Assembly (NCBI GenBank): GCA_023394965.1
Contig: JAEWZX010000007.1
Span: forward strand, 100,969-164,968
DNA: 64,000 nucleotides
Direction: 5' to 3'
DNA from: Pseudomonadota bacterium
GTDB lineage: Bacteria; Pseudomonadota; Alphaproteobacteria; Sphingomonadales; Sphingomonadaceae
Positions 10,627-19,825 of this stretch are shown here, piece after piece. Both the position numbers and the translations under genes were made by a program. Position 1 is the first letter of the stretch. Each line of letters starts with the position of its first letter. Under the pieces are notes generated by a model, which saw only the letters and a list, made by a program, of their open reading frames with translations, made no database searches and was not told where the DNA came from.

Positions 10627-11685
10627 TCAGAGCAGATGGCCCGACCGATCGCGTTTCGTGGCGAGATAGCGGGTATTGTGGGGATTGTCGGGCAGCGCAT
10701 GCGGCACCCTTTCGGCAATTTTAACGCCTTCGGCCTCTAACGCGCGGACCTTGGCCGGGTTGTTCGTCATCAGCCGGATTTCCTTCACCCCAAGCAGGTC
10801 GAGCATCCGCGCCGCAGTCGGAAAATCGCGCGCCTCGTCGGGCAGGCCCAGCCTGGTATTGGCGTCGACCGTGTCGAATCCCTGATCCTGCAGGCGATAG
10901 GCGCGCAGCTTGTTGATGATGCCGATCCCGCGTCCTTCCTGTCGCATATACAGCAACACGCCCCACCCGCCCTTGCCGGCTTCTTCGGCCATCGCGTGCA
11001 ACGCCGCGTCGAGCTGCGGGCCGCAATCGCATTTCAGGCTGCCGAGAATATCGCCGGTCAGGCATTCGGAATGCAGCCGCACCAGCGGCGTGCGGTCCGC
11101 CGACTGTTCGCCGATGACCAGCGCCACATGTTCGCGGGTATCGTCCGGGCTGCGGAAGGCAACGATGCGCGCGTCCTGCGCTGCGGCAACCGGAAGGCGG
11201 GCCCGTGTCGCAATCTGCAGGCGCGATGCGTCGGTGAAAGCGATCACATCGTCGGCAGACAGCGAAACGGCTTCACCCGCTCCTTGCGGATCGACCAGAA
11301 ATGCCGGCAGCACACCAGCCATGCGCGCCAGTTCGAGCGCTGCGCGTGCCTGTTCGTCCCAGGCGAGCGGCAGTGCTTTGAACGGACCTTTCAGCGGGGT
11401 CTGCATGTCAAGCGCCGGGTCCGCAACGGCCAGCGCTGCCGCCAGATCGAAACGCTCCGCAGCGCGCATCAGCACGGGCTGGCGCGGGGCGGCCGCTTCG
11501 CGCTGGTTGGCCAGCTTCAGCGTCGTCGCCCGGCTGGCGGATACCAGCATGGCATCGCCTGTAATCTCTCCGAAGGCGGTTTCCACTGGCTGAAGCAGCG
11601 GTGCGCCATCGATGGCAAGTGGCCAGCCATGACGCAGCGCATCCAGCGCCTGCGCCGCGCGGCGTGAAGGCGAAGACGTGTTCAG
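10627..11685 (-). CDS. ribA: GTP cyclohydrolase II with an N-terminal degenerate domain
   Basis: VRLHSECLTGD, SLKCDCG, QEGRG, LMTNNPAK and YLATK motifs; start probably CTG at 11685. Confidence 0.92.
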   Translation of the reverse strand: MNTSSPSRRAAQALDALRHGWPLAIDGAPLLQPVETAFGEITGDAMLVSASRATTLKLANQREAAAPRQPVLMRAAERFDLAAALAVADPALDMQTPLKGPFKALPLAWDEQARAALELARMAGVLPAFLVDPQGAGEAVSLSADDVIAFTDASRLQIATRARLPVAAAQDARIVAFRSPDDTREHVALVIGEQSADRTPLVRLHSECLTGDILGSLKCDCGPQLDAALHAMAEEAGKGGWGVLLYMRQEGRGIGIINKLRAYRLQDQGFDTVDANTRLGLPDEARDFPTAARMLDLLGVKEIRLMTNNPAKVRALEAEGVKIAERVPHALPDNPHNTRYLATKRDRSGHLL

Positions 11686-12473
11686 AGCGTGAACTCCGTC
11701 ACCAAAGGTACATGGTCGGATGGTTTTTCCCAGTCGCGGGCATATTCGTGGACCGAATGGCCGGTCGCCTGTTTCGCCAGATCGGGGCTGGCCCACATAT
11801 GATCGAGCCGCCGGCCGCGATCGTTCACTTTCCAGTCTTTCGAACGATAGCTCCACCAGCTGTAATAGCGATCGGGCGCCTTGATGTGTTCGCGACCGAT
11901 ATCGGCCCAGCCATGCGCATCCATGAAACGTTGCAGGCTTTCGACCTCGACCGGCGTATGACTGACCACCTTGAGCAATTGCTTGTGATTCCACACATCG
12001 CTTTCGAGCGGGGCGATGTTGAAATCGCCGACGATCAACGTAGGCCGGTCGATGGCATCGGCCCAGCGGGTCATGCGTTCGAGAAAGTCGAGCTTCTGGC
12101 CGAATTTGGGATTGATGGCGCGATCTGGCTCGTCCCCTCCGGCAGGAACATAGACGTTTTCCACGATCATGCCCTGATGGTCGGGCAATTCGACGCCGAC
12201 ATGGCGGGCTTCGCCATTGTCCTGCCAATCGTAGCGCGAGAATTCCCTGAGCGGCGTTTTCGAAACGGTCGCCACACCGTGATAACCCTTCTGCCCGTGA
12301 ACGGCGAAATGTTCGTATCCGAGCGCGCGAAAAGCATCATAGGGGAACTGGTGTTCCTGACATTTGATTTCCTGAAGGCACAGGACGTCCGGCGCCTGTT
12401 CTTCGATGAAGCGCGCGACGATCGGCATGCGCAGGCGAACCGAATTGATATTCCAAGTAGCAACAGTGACCAT
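11682..12473 (-). CDS. xth: Exodeoxyribonuclease III
   Basis: WNINSVR, LQEIK, GDFNIAP, YSWWSYR, RLDH and SDHVP motifs. Confidence 0.95.
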   Translation of the reverse strand: MVTVATWNINSVRLRMPIVARFIEEQAPDVLCLQEIKCQEHQFPYDAFRALGYEHFAVHGQKGYHGVATVSKTPLREFSRYDWQDNGEARHVGVELPDHQGMIVENVYVPAGGDEPDRAINPKFGQKLDFLERMTRWADAIDRPTLIVGDFNIAPLESDVWNHKQLLKVVSHTPVEVESLQRFMDAHGWADIGREHIKAPDRYYSWWSYRSKDWKVNDRGRRLDHMWASPDLAKQATGHSVHEYARDWEKPSDHVPLVTEFTL

Positions 12474-12509
12474 GCGCAGCGAGGTAGGCGAGCGCCCCTT
12501 ATCCCGCAA

Positions 12510-12527
12510 GCGTCACACTTTTGTCTT
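12510..12527 (+). promoter_or_regulatory. Putative Pho box
   Basis: GCGTCAC-ACTT-TTGTCTT: two GTC(A/T) half-sites 11 bp apart, upstream of the alkaline phosphatase. Confidence 0.5.
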
Positions 12528-12578
12528 TTCGGTCTCTGATATACGGCGCCACGAGTTTCAATCCGGAGATACCGTATA

Positions 12579-13997
12579 ATGTTGCGTTCGTTTTGCCTTG
12601 CCACCTGCGCTGCCTCGCTGGCTCTGGGCGGTTGCACCGCTACCATCGCGCAGGATGCCCCGCAGGCAGTTGCCCCCCCCGTTGCCGAGAAACGGGCAAA
12701 GAACGTCATCCTGTTCATCGGAGACGGGATGGGAATTTCCACCGTGACCGCCGCGCGGATTTATGCCGGGCAAAAGCTGGGCCAATCGGGCGAGGAATAT
12801 GTCCTGCCGTTCGAAAAGTTCGATCATGTCGCCTTGGTCAAGACCTACAACAGCAATGCACAGGTTCCCGACAGCGCCGGAACCGCCAGTGCGATGAATA
12901 CCGGCGTAAAGACCGACATGGGCGTGCTGGGTTACGGCCCGGGGGCCAACAATGGCGATTGTGCATCCGGTAAGGGCAACGAAGCGCCGCTGGTAAGCGA
13001 AGAGGCGCGCCGCAAGGGCAAGGCGCTGGGCATCGTCAGCACGGCCCGCATCACCCACGCCACCCCCGCTGCGGTCTATGCGCGCAGCGTCAACCGCAAT
13101 TGGGAAGGCGATTCGGCTATTCCCGAAAACCAGCGTGGGCTGGGCTGCACCGACATTGCCCGCCAGCTGGTGGATACACCGTTCGACGTGGCTCTGGGCG
13201 GCGGAGCAGCGGCATTCTTCGGCAATGACAAGGGGGGCAACAGGCTCGACACTGCTGCCGATCTTCCGGCGGAATGGTCGGCCAGGACGGGCGGCACTTA
13301 TGTCACCACACGGGCAGAAATGGATGCCGCGCCTGCGGACAAACCGCTGCTGGGAATCTTTTCGGCAAGCCATATGACCTTCACGGCAGACCGGGCCGTC
13401 GATAGCGCCGAGCCCACGCTTACCGACATGACGGCTGCGGCTGTTGGCCGGCTGCGCACCGATCCGCAGGGCTATTACCTGATGGTCGAAAGTGGCCGGA
13501 TCGATCATGGCCACCATGCCGGCCAGGCCGGTTATGCGCTGGAAGAAGCCGTCGAATTCGCCCGTGCGATCCAGTGGGCGATCGACAATACCGACCCCGA
13601 AGAAACGCTGATCATGGTCACGGCGGACCACAGCCATGTGTTCACCATGGCGGGTTACCCGCGCCGCGGGAACGACATCCTCGGCCTGGTCGTGCCGCCG
13701 AGCGATGGTGGCAAGGCCGAAACCCCGGCGCTCGCCACCGATGGCAAGCCTTATACTACGCTTGGTTATGGCAATGGCCCGGGTGCGATAAAGCCTGATG
13801 CGACGGGCGGGCGGGCCACACCGGAAACCGGCGTTGCGGCCTATCAGCAGGCTGCGATTCCGACTGGCGCGGAAACGCATGGCGGGGAAGATGTCGCGCT
13901 TTATGCCAATGGCCAGGGGGCGCAGAACGTGCGCGGGGTGATGGAGCAGAATTTGATCTACAACGTGATTCGCAGGGCCTTCGGCTGGGAAGACTGA
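12579..13997 (+). CDS. phoA: Alkaline phosphatase (PhoA family), probable lipoprotein
   Basis: FIGDGMG, PDSAGTASA (active-site Ser), THATPA, IDHGHH, TADHSH, ETHGGEDV; LALGGC lipobox. Confidence 0.92.
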   Translation: MLRSFCLATCAASLALGGCTATIAQDAPQAVAPPVAEKRAKNVILFIGDGMGISTVTAARIYAGQKLGQSGEEYVLPFEKFDHVALVKTYNSNAQVPDSAGTASAMNTGVKTDMGVLGYGPGANNGDCASGKGNEAPLVSEEARRKGKALGIVSTARITHATPAAVYARSVNRNWEGDSAIPENQRGLGCTDIARQLVDTPFDVALGGGAAAFFGNDKGGNRLDTAADLPAEWSARTGGTYVTTRAEMDAAPADKPLLGIFSASHMTFTADRAVDSAEPTLTDMTAAAVGRLRTDPQGYYLMVESGRIDHGHHAGQAGYALEEAVEFARAIQWAIDNTDPEETLIMVTADHSHVFTMAGYPRRGNDILGLVVPPSDGGKAETPALATDGKPYTTLGYGNGPGAIKPDATGGRATPETGVAAYQQAAIPTGAETHGGEDVALYANGQGAQNVRGVMEQNLIYNVIRRAFGWED

Positions 13998-14013
13998 TTC
14001 GGCGCATCGATGG

Positions 14014-14046
14014 TGGCGGGCGGAACCTTCGCCCGCCAGTTCTTTC
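14014..14046 (+). terminator. Intrinsic terminator of phoA
   Basis: TGGCGGGCG/CGCCCGCCA stem followed by GTTCTTT. Confidence 0.7.
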
Positions 14047-14065
14047 GGTCACGGACGACGAACGC

Positions 14066-14103
14066 AAAAAACCCCCGCGCCGGGGGCATTGGCACGGGGG
14101 TTT
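14066..14103 (-). terminator. Intrinsic terminator (minus strand)
   Basis: AAACCCCCGTGCC-AATGCCCCC-GGCGCGGGGGTTTTTT; the internal mismatch is a G-U pair only on the minus strand. Confidence 0.8.
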
Positions 14104-14188
14104 CCTGTGAGCGTTCGTCACGCTTGGAACGAGATGAACCGGATCGAGGGGGTCAACAGGGGGGAAACCCGCCTCGTGTCGTCTCGTG
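14066..14188 (-). ncRNA. Candidate small regulatory RNA with C-rich loops
   Basis: Three predicted hairpins, a terminator with a U6 tract, and TTAAAC-N17-TAATCT upstream; no convincing ORF. Confidence 0.55.
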
Positions 14189-14277
14189 ATCTAAAGATTA
14201 GGCCCCGCCCGCTTGCTGTTTAATGAACGCAACGGGGCGGGATATCGCACACATCCCACCTTTCACCGCCCAAACGT

Positions 14278-14940
14278 TTATCCCGGACGACGGGACGATT
14301 GGCGCGGGTCGCGGAAGGTGAATGCGCTGTCAGCTACGGACACGCCATAACGCTGATTGGCGAGTCGCACGGTGGTCCGGTGATTCTGCGAATCGAGCGC
14401 CACCCAGTGGGTCAGCTTCAGGCCCCCCGGGGCAGACGAATCACGCGAGAAAATGAGAGTGATTACGCCGAATTCGGGGCGTTTGGGATCGCGGACCTCA
14501 ACGCTCACCACATCGGGGTGGCTGGTGGGGACCAGCTTGCCGAATTTCTTCACATCGCGGCTCGGGTCCAGCAGGGCGCCCAGCGGTGAATTGCTGATCG
14601 GCCAGCGCTGGACCTGATTGACCTCGTAATCGATCATATACATCGACTTGCCGTTCGAAACGACGAGCATGGGGACGCTCTTTTCGTATTCGAACCGGAT
14701 TTTGCCGGGGCGCTTCAACGTCATCACGCCGCGTACGGATTGGCCCGCACGGTCGGTCTGGACGAAATCGGCCTTCATCGTGGAGATCCCGCGCAAGGCG
14801 GCAACCGCCTTGTCGAGATCGCCAGCAGCGGCTTCTGCCGGGGCAGGGGCCAGAATGGCGGATGCGGGAAGCGCCGCAGCCAGCGATAAAGCCAGCGCGG
14901 CGCCAATCGACTTGTTCGTTTTAGAAGACAAGGTGCTCAT
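14278..14940 (-). CDS. lolA: LolA-family outer-membrane lipoprotein carrier
   Basis: Signal peptide; ADFVQ and LKRPGKIRFEY motifs; SPLGALL; AGGAG RBS. Confidence 0.88.
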   Translation of the reverse strand: MSTLSSKTNKSIGAALALSLAAALPASAILAPAPAEAAAGDLDKAVAALRGISTMKADFVQTDRAGQSVRGVMTLKRPGKIRFEYEKSVPMLVVSNGKSMYMIDYEVNQVQRWPISNSPLGALLDPSRDVKKFGKLVPTSHPDVVSVEVRDPKRPEFGVITLIFSRDSSAPGGLKLTHWVALDSQNHRTTVRLANQRYGVSVADSAFTFRDPRQSSRRPG

Positions 14941-15015
14941 GCTCCTGTGTTTAGGGTTGGAGCATTGAACCATCACTGAACCCAGGGCGTTCCCGCGGTT
15001 CAGCTTGGCCGCGCA

Positions 15016-15183
15016 TTACTTGATCTTGGCTTCCTTGAACTCGACGTGCTTGCGCGCGACGGGATCGTACTTGCGGAAGGTGAACTTTTCCGTGTGGTTA
15101 CGCGGATTCTTCTTCGTCACGTAATAGAAGCCCGTGCCCTCGGTCGAGACGAGCTTGATCTTGACGGTTGCGGGCTTCGCCAT
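15016..15183 (-). CDS. rpmG: 50S ribosomal protein L33 (missing from the ORF track)
   Basis: Manual translation: [55 protein letters not shown]. Confidence 0.98.
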   Translation of the reverse strand: MAKPATVKIKLVSTEGTGFYYVTKKNPRNHTEKFTFRKYDPVARKHVEFKEAKIK

Positions 15184-15313
15184 GGCGTGTTCCTAAAGAT
15201 CTTTCTGATGAGCCGATGATGGCCGAAATAATTAGGGCGGCGCGTCGAGCACCGCCGTCCGGCGCGGCCATTGGGTGATTCACGCCGGAAAGTCAAGCCT
15301 CGTGGCGAGGCTG

Positions 15314-15718
15314 CTACCAGTCGACCTTGCCCCGGTTGGCCTTCACCGCGCCCCGCACCTTCTTGGCTTTGAGGCGCTTTACCTTGCCGATTCGATTGAC
15401 GCGGCTCTTGGCCCGTTTGCGCGGCGGGGTGAGCGCTTCGGACAGCAGGGCGAGCAGCCGTTCGCGCGCGGCCTCGCGATTCTGGTCCTGCGTGCGATAT
15501 TCATTGGCGGTGAGGACGATTTCGCCACCCTTGGTCAGTTTGCTGCCCGCAATATCCTTCAGCCGTGCGAACGCTTCGGGCGGCATGCCCAGTTGGAAGA
15601 CATCGACCCTCAGCTGGACGGCGGTGGCAACCTTGTTGACGTTCTGCCCGCCCGGGCCGGAGGAGGCGATGAATTTCTCCTCCGCAATTTCGAGAGCCTT
15701 GTCCGCTATGCGTCCCAT
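15314..15718 (-). CDS. arfB: Alternative ribosome rescue peptidyl-tRNA hydrolase
   Basis: SSGPGGQNVNKV, RTQDQNR, basic C-terminal tail. Confidence 0.95.
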   Translation of the reverse strand: MGRIADKALEIAEEKFIASSGPGGQNVNKVATAVQLRVDVFQLGMPPEAFARLKDIAGSKLTKGGEIVLTANEYRTQDQNREAARERLLALLSEALTPPRKRAKSRVNRIGKVKRLKAKKVRGAVKANRGKVDW

Positions 15719-16381
15719 TCAGTCCTGGCCATCGACGAAGCCGAGGGCGGTGAAGTCCTGCGGCAACGGGGCCGTGGCGCTCACCGGCGGCTTGCCGTCG
15801 CGCGGAATGGTGATGGCTGCAGCGTGCAGCATGGTGCGGGGCGCGCCCTTGCCGTTGCCGTAGACCGGATCGCCCAGCAGCGGCATGCCCAGGCCAGCCT
15901 GGCAATGGACGCGGATCTGGTGGGTGCGGCCTGTTTCGGGCCGGAATTCCAGCAAGGCGCGGCCATCCCTTTCGCCCAGCATCCGCCAATGGGTGATCGA
16001 CGGTTTGCCTTTCTTTGCCGCGATCATGCGCCAGCCTTTTTCGGCGCTGCTGATCTTGGACAGCGACAGTTCGATCGTGCCTTCCATGGTTGCGGGCACA
16101 CCGGTCAGCACGCCGAGATAGCGTTTTTCGACCAGGCGATCCTCGAAACTCTTCGCAAAACGCTTCAGCGCCTTGGGATTGCGTGCCAGCAGCAGGCAGC
16201 CGCTGGTATCGGTATCGATTCGATGAACCGGCACGGGCGGGCGCTGGAAGCCGAGCTTCAGCTCTTCGAAATGGTCCTCCAGACTTGCCCCGCCGCGCCG
16301 TGGGCGCTCGATCGGAAGTCCGGCGAGCTTGTCGATAACCAGCGCTTCGCCGTCTTCGAACAGGATCGGGATCTGGGTCAT
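15719..16381 (-). CDS. RluA-family RNA pseudouridine synthase
   Basis: VHRIDTDTSG, TGRTHQIRVH, LGDPVYG and MLHA motifs. Confidence 0.93.
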   Translation of the reverse strand: MTQIPILFEDGEALVIDKLAGLPIERPRRGGASLEDHFEELKLGFQRPPVPVHRIDTDTSGCLLLARNPKALKRFAKSFEDRLVEKRYLGVLTGVPATMEGTIELSLSKISSAEKGWRMIAAKKGKPSITHWRMLGERDGRALLEFRPETGRTHQIRVHCQAGLGMPLLGDPVYGNGKGAPRTMLHAAAITIPRDGKPPVSATAPLPQDFTALGFVDGQD

Positions 16382-18189
16382 GTCTTGAGTTTCGCGTCCA
16401 TCATCAGGCGCAGCGCATTGCCTAGGTAAAAGCCGTTTTCCAAGTCTTCTATGCGCAATTCGGCCTCTCGCGCCTTGCCCTGGTCCAGCATGGTCTGGCG
16501 AAAGACACCGGGAAGCAGGCCGAGGCGGGCAGGCGGGGTAAGCAGTACACCATCTTCGCCGCGCACGAAAATGCTGGTGACGCAGCCTTCGGTCAGCAGC
16601 CCATCCTCGCGCACGAACAAGGCCTCCTGCGCGCCATGGTCACGCGCCACACGCTGCGCATCCTCGTAAAAGCCACGGTCGGTCGTCTTGTGCCGCAGCC
16701 GCCAGTCGCCCGGATCGACCGGCAGGGGCAGGACGATACACTGCGCCGGTTCCGGCCAGGCTTTGGGCACGTCGCTCGCTTCCAGCGATATTGCGCCGGA
16801 TCGCGCTGCCAGAAGGCGGACCCTGCTCGGCTTTTCCAGCACGAAGCACAGCGCGTGCAACTGGTTGCGTGCTTCGTGGCGGTCGAAGGAAAAGCCCAGC
16901 TCCGCGGCGCTCGTTTTCATCCGCATCAGATGCGCTTCAAGGGCGTGAATGCCCGCCTCGGGGGCGAAGCGCATGGTTTCGATCAGGTCGAACTGCGCGG
17001 CCCGGTGCGCGCCGGATGACGTGCGCGCAAATGCGCCCTTGAGCAGGGCCTCGCGCCATTCGGTACGGGCCTTGCTATCGGCGACGATCGCACCGCCCAC
17101 ACCGAGCACGGCCTTGCCGCGCCCGTTTTCGATTTCGGTCAGGCGCAGGGTGCGGATCGCCACATTGAATGCTGCATCGCCATCCGCGCCGATCCGGCCG
17201 ATGGCCCCGCAATAGGGGCCGCGCGGATCGCGTTCGACCGCGTCGATCAATTCCATCGCCCGGATTTTCGGCGCGCCGGTAATCGAACCGCATGGAAACA
17301 GTGCGCACACCAGATCGATCGCCGTTTCCCCCGGCTCCAGCCGGGCGTGCACGACGCTGACCATCTGGTGGAGTGTGGGATAGGTTTCGATTGCGAAGGG
17401 TTCGTCCACCCGCACGCTGCCCGCCTCTGCCACGCGTGCCAGATCGTTGCGCATGAGATCGACGATCATCAGGTTTTCGGCCCTGTCCTTGACCGATCCT
17501 GCCAGTTCTTCGGCCAGTTCCCGGTCCGCGGTTTCGTCGCTGCCACGGGGGCGGGTGCCCTTCATCGGTTTGGCTTTTGCATCGCGGCCCTTGAGCGATA
17601 CGAAAAGTTCGGGGCTCAGGCTGAGCAGCCAGTGCGACCCGTCGAAGATGACCCCGCCATACCCCGCCTGTGCCGCTGGACGCAGCGCGGCATAAAGCCC
17701 CAGCGGATCGCCGGTGAAATTGCCTGCCAGCGGAAAGGTCAGATTGGCCTGATAGATATCGCCCGCATGGATTGCTTCCTGCAGCTTGGCGAAGGCCTGG
17801 GCATAGCCGCCCGGTGAAAGCTGCGGTTCCAGCGGCCCGACACTGCCGTCACTTTTTGCCCGGGCGGCAAGCCATGCGGGCATATCGGCAGCGGCAATGC
17901 GGGTCGGCGTATCGAACAGCCCAAGCCAGACGAGCGGCCCGGCCCCGCCACTGCGCGCATTGGCAAGAGGGCGCAGCCTGTCTTCCAGAGCCAGCCCCGC
18001 TTCATAGGCGACATAGCCCGCCAGTTCGCCGCCGGCGCTGCGGGCCTGTTCGGCGGCCGCCAGCACCTCCGCAACCTGATCCGGCCGATGCGCGACGAAG
18101 ACGTCTTTTGGATTTTCGAACAGCAAGCTATCTGCCGCGCCACGTTCGCGCGCATCGTCGAGCAAGACAAAGGGATGCCTATCCGCCAT
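16378..18189 (-). CDS. pabB: Aminodeoxychorismate synthase component I fused to a class IV aminotransferase (ADC lyase-like) domain
   Basis: SPELF, KPMKGT, ENLMIVDLMRND, FPCGSITGAPK; C-terminal LIETMR, HKTT, TEG, GLLPGV. Confidence 0.92.
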   Translation of the reverse strand: MADRHPFVLLDDARERGAADSLLFENPKDVFVAHRPDQVAEVLAAAEQARSAGGELAGYVAYEAGLALEDRLRPLANARSGGAGPLVWLGLFDTPTRIAAADMPAWLAARAKSDGSVGPLEPQLSPGGYAQAFAKLQEAIHAGDIYQANLTFPLAGNFTGDPLGLYAALRPAAQAGYGGVIFDGSHWLLSLSPELFVSLKGRDAKAKPMKGTRPRGSDETADRELAEELAGSVKDRAENLMIVDLMRNDLARVAEAGSVRVDEPFAIETYPTLHQMVSVVHARLEPGETAIDLVCALFPCGSITGAPKIRAMELIDAVERDPRGPYCGAIGRIGADGDAAFNVAIRTLRLTEIENGRGKAVLGVGGAIVADSKARTEWREALLKGAFARTSSGAHRAAQFDLIETMRFAPEAGIHALEAHLMRMKTSAAELGFSFDRHEARNQLHALCFVLEKPSRVRLLAARSGAISLEASDVPKAWPEPAQCIVLPLPVDPGDWRLRHKTTDRGFYEDAQRVARDHGAQEALFVREDGLLTEGCVTSIFVRGEDGVLLTPPARLGLLPGVFRQTMLDQGKAREAELRIEDLENGFYLGNALRLMMDAKLKT

Positions 18190-18298
18190 TAATGGCAGCC
18201 TTTACTGTCTGTTGCGCGCCTGTCGAGGGATTGCTTGACCGCGCCCACAAGCCTTTGCCACATCGCGAAGGACACAGCAGTATCTGGAGTGGGTGCGG

Positions 18299-19825
18299 AT
18301 GAGCGAAATTTTCCTCGGTTTGGGTGCGAATGGCGAGCGCCAGGTCCTGCGGCTGGATCAGGCCAATCGCCACGGGTTGATTGCAGGGGCTACCGGCACC
18401 GGCAAGACGGTGACCCTGCAGGGGCTGGCCGAAAGCTTTTCCGCAGCCGGGGTGCCGGTCTTCGTGGCCGATGTGAAAGGCGATCTGGCGGGCATATCCA
18501 TGGCCGGATCGCCGCAGTTCAAGAATGCCGACAAGCTGGAAAGCCGCGCCAGAGAACTGGGCATGGGCGATTATGCCTATGCCGACAATGCTGCGGTCTT
18601 CTGGGATCTGTACGGCGAGCAGGGCTTTCCGATCCGCACCACCATTTCGGAAATGGGTCCGCTGCTGCTGTCCCGCCTGCTCGATCTCAACGACACGCAG
18701 GCAGGGGTGCTCAACATCATCTTCCGCTATGCCGATGAAAACGGGCTGCTCCTGCTCGACCTTGGCGATCTTCAGGCCATGCTCGCCCATGCCTATGACA
18801 ACAGCAGCGAACTGTCGGGGAAATACGGCAATGTCACCAAGCCCAGCGTCGGCGCGATCCAGCGGCAGTTGCTGAGTTTCGAAAGCCAGGGCGCTGATCT
18901 TTTCTTTGGCGAACCGGCGCTGGAGATCGACGATTTCCTCAAGGTGGACGATCAGGGCCGCGGCGTCATCAATGTACTGGCCGCCGACAAGCTGATGCGC
19001 GGGCCCAAGCTGTATGCGACTTTCCTGCTGTGGCTGCTGGCGGAACTGTTCGAAAGCCTCCCCGAAGTGGGCGATCCGGACAAGCCCAAGCTGGTGTTCT
19101 TCTTCGACGAGGCGCACCTGTTGTTCGACGATGCGCCGCAGGCGCTGGAAGACAAGGTCGAACAGGTCGTCCGCCTGATCCGGTCAAAGGGGGTGGGCGT
19201 CTATTTCGTCACGCAGAACCCCATCGACATCCCCGAAGAAATCGCCGGACAGCTGGGCAACCGGGTGCAGCATGCGCTGCGCGCCTTCACGCCGCGGGAC
19301 AAGCGGGCGATCAAGGCCGCCGCCGAAACATTCCGCATCAATCCCGAACTCGATGTGGAGCAGGCGATTACGGAACTGAAGGTCGGCGAAGCGCTGGTTT
19401 CGACGCTCGACGCGGATGGCGCGCCTACGATCGTCCAGCGCACGCTGGTGAAGCCGCCGCATTCGCGCCTTGGCCCGGTCACCGCGAAAGAGCGCAAGAT
19501 CGTCAATTCGGTCAGCACTCTCGATGGGAAATACGATGAGGCGATCAATCGGGAGAGTGCGGAAGAAGTGCTCGCCGCCAAGGCCGCCGATGCCGCTGCC
19601 ACCGCTGCGGAGGTCGAAGAGGCCGGGCGCGACGAAGTCGGTAAGCGCAGCCGTAAATCCACATCGCTGTGGGGCCGGGCGGGCAAGGCGGCTGCCACTG
19701 CCGCTGCGGGTTCGCTCAGCTCGCTCGCGGTGGCGACGGTGCTGGGCAAGAAATCCCGCGCCGATCCGCTGCGCACCGGCGCAACCGCCTTTGTGCGCAA
19801 CATCATCGGCGGCTTGATGCGTTAG
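18299..19825 (+). CDS. HerA/FtsK-superfamily ATPase (DUF853/YjgR-like)
   Basis: [41 protein letters not shown]. Confidence 0.9.
   Translation: MSEIFLGLGANGERQVLRLDQANRHGLIAGATGTGKTVTLQGLAESFSAAGVPVFVADVKGDLAGISMAGSPQFKNADKLESRARELGMGDYAYADNAAVFWDLYGEQGFPIRTTISEMGPLLLSRLLDLNDTQAGVLNIIFRYADENGLLLLDLGDLQAMLAHAYDNSSELSGKYGNVTKPSVGAIQRQLLSFESQGADLFFGEPALEIDDFLKVDDQGRGVINVLAADKLMRGPKLYATFLLWLLAELFESLPEVGDPDKPKLVFFFDEAHLLFDDAPQALEDKVEQVVRLIRSKGVGVYFVTQNPIDIPEEIAGQLGNRVQHALRAFTPRDKRAIKAAAETFRINPELDVEQAITELKVGEALVSTLDADGAPTIVQRTLVKPPHSRLGPVTAKERKIVNSVSTLDGKYDEAINRESAEEVLAAKAADAAATAAEVEEAGRDEVGKRSRKSTSLWGRAGKAAATAAAGSLSSLAVATVLGKKSRADPLRTGATAFVRNIIGGLMR

Noticed and set aside
11686..12228. Possible long overlap or fusion of ribA with xth
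   Set aside because: The upstream part is an alternative frame of xth with non-protein-like composition
18299..19825. HerA-like ATPase as a possible anti-phage system
   Set aside because: It matches the stand-alone DUF853/YjgR type, with no adjacent nuclease, sirtuin or other defence partner
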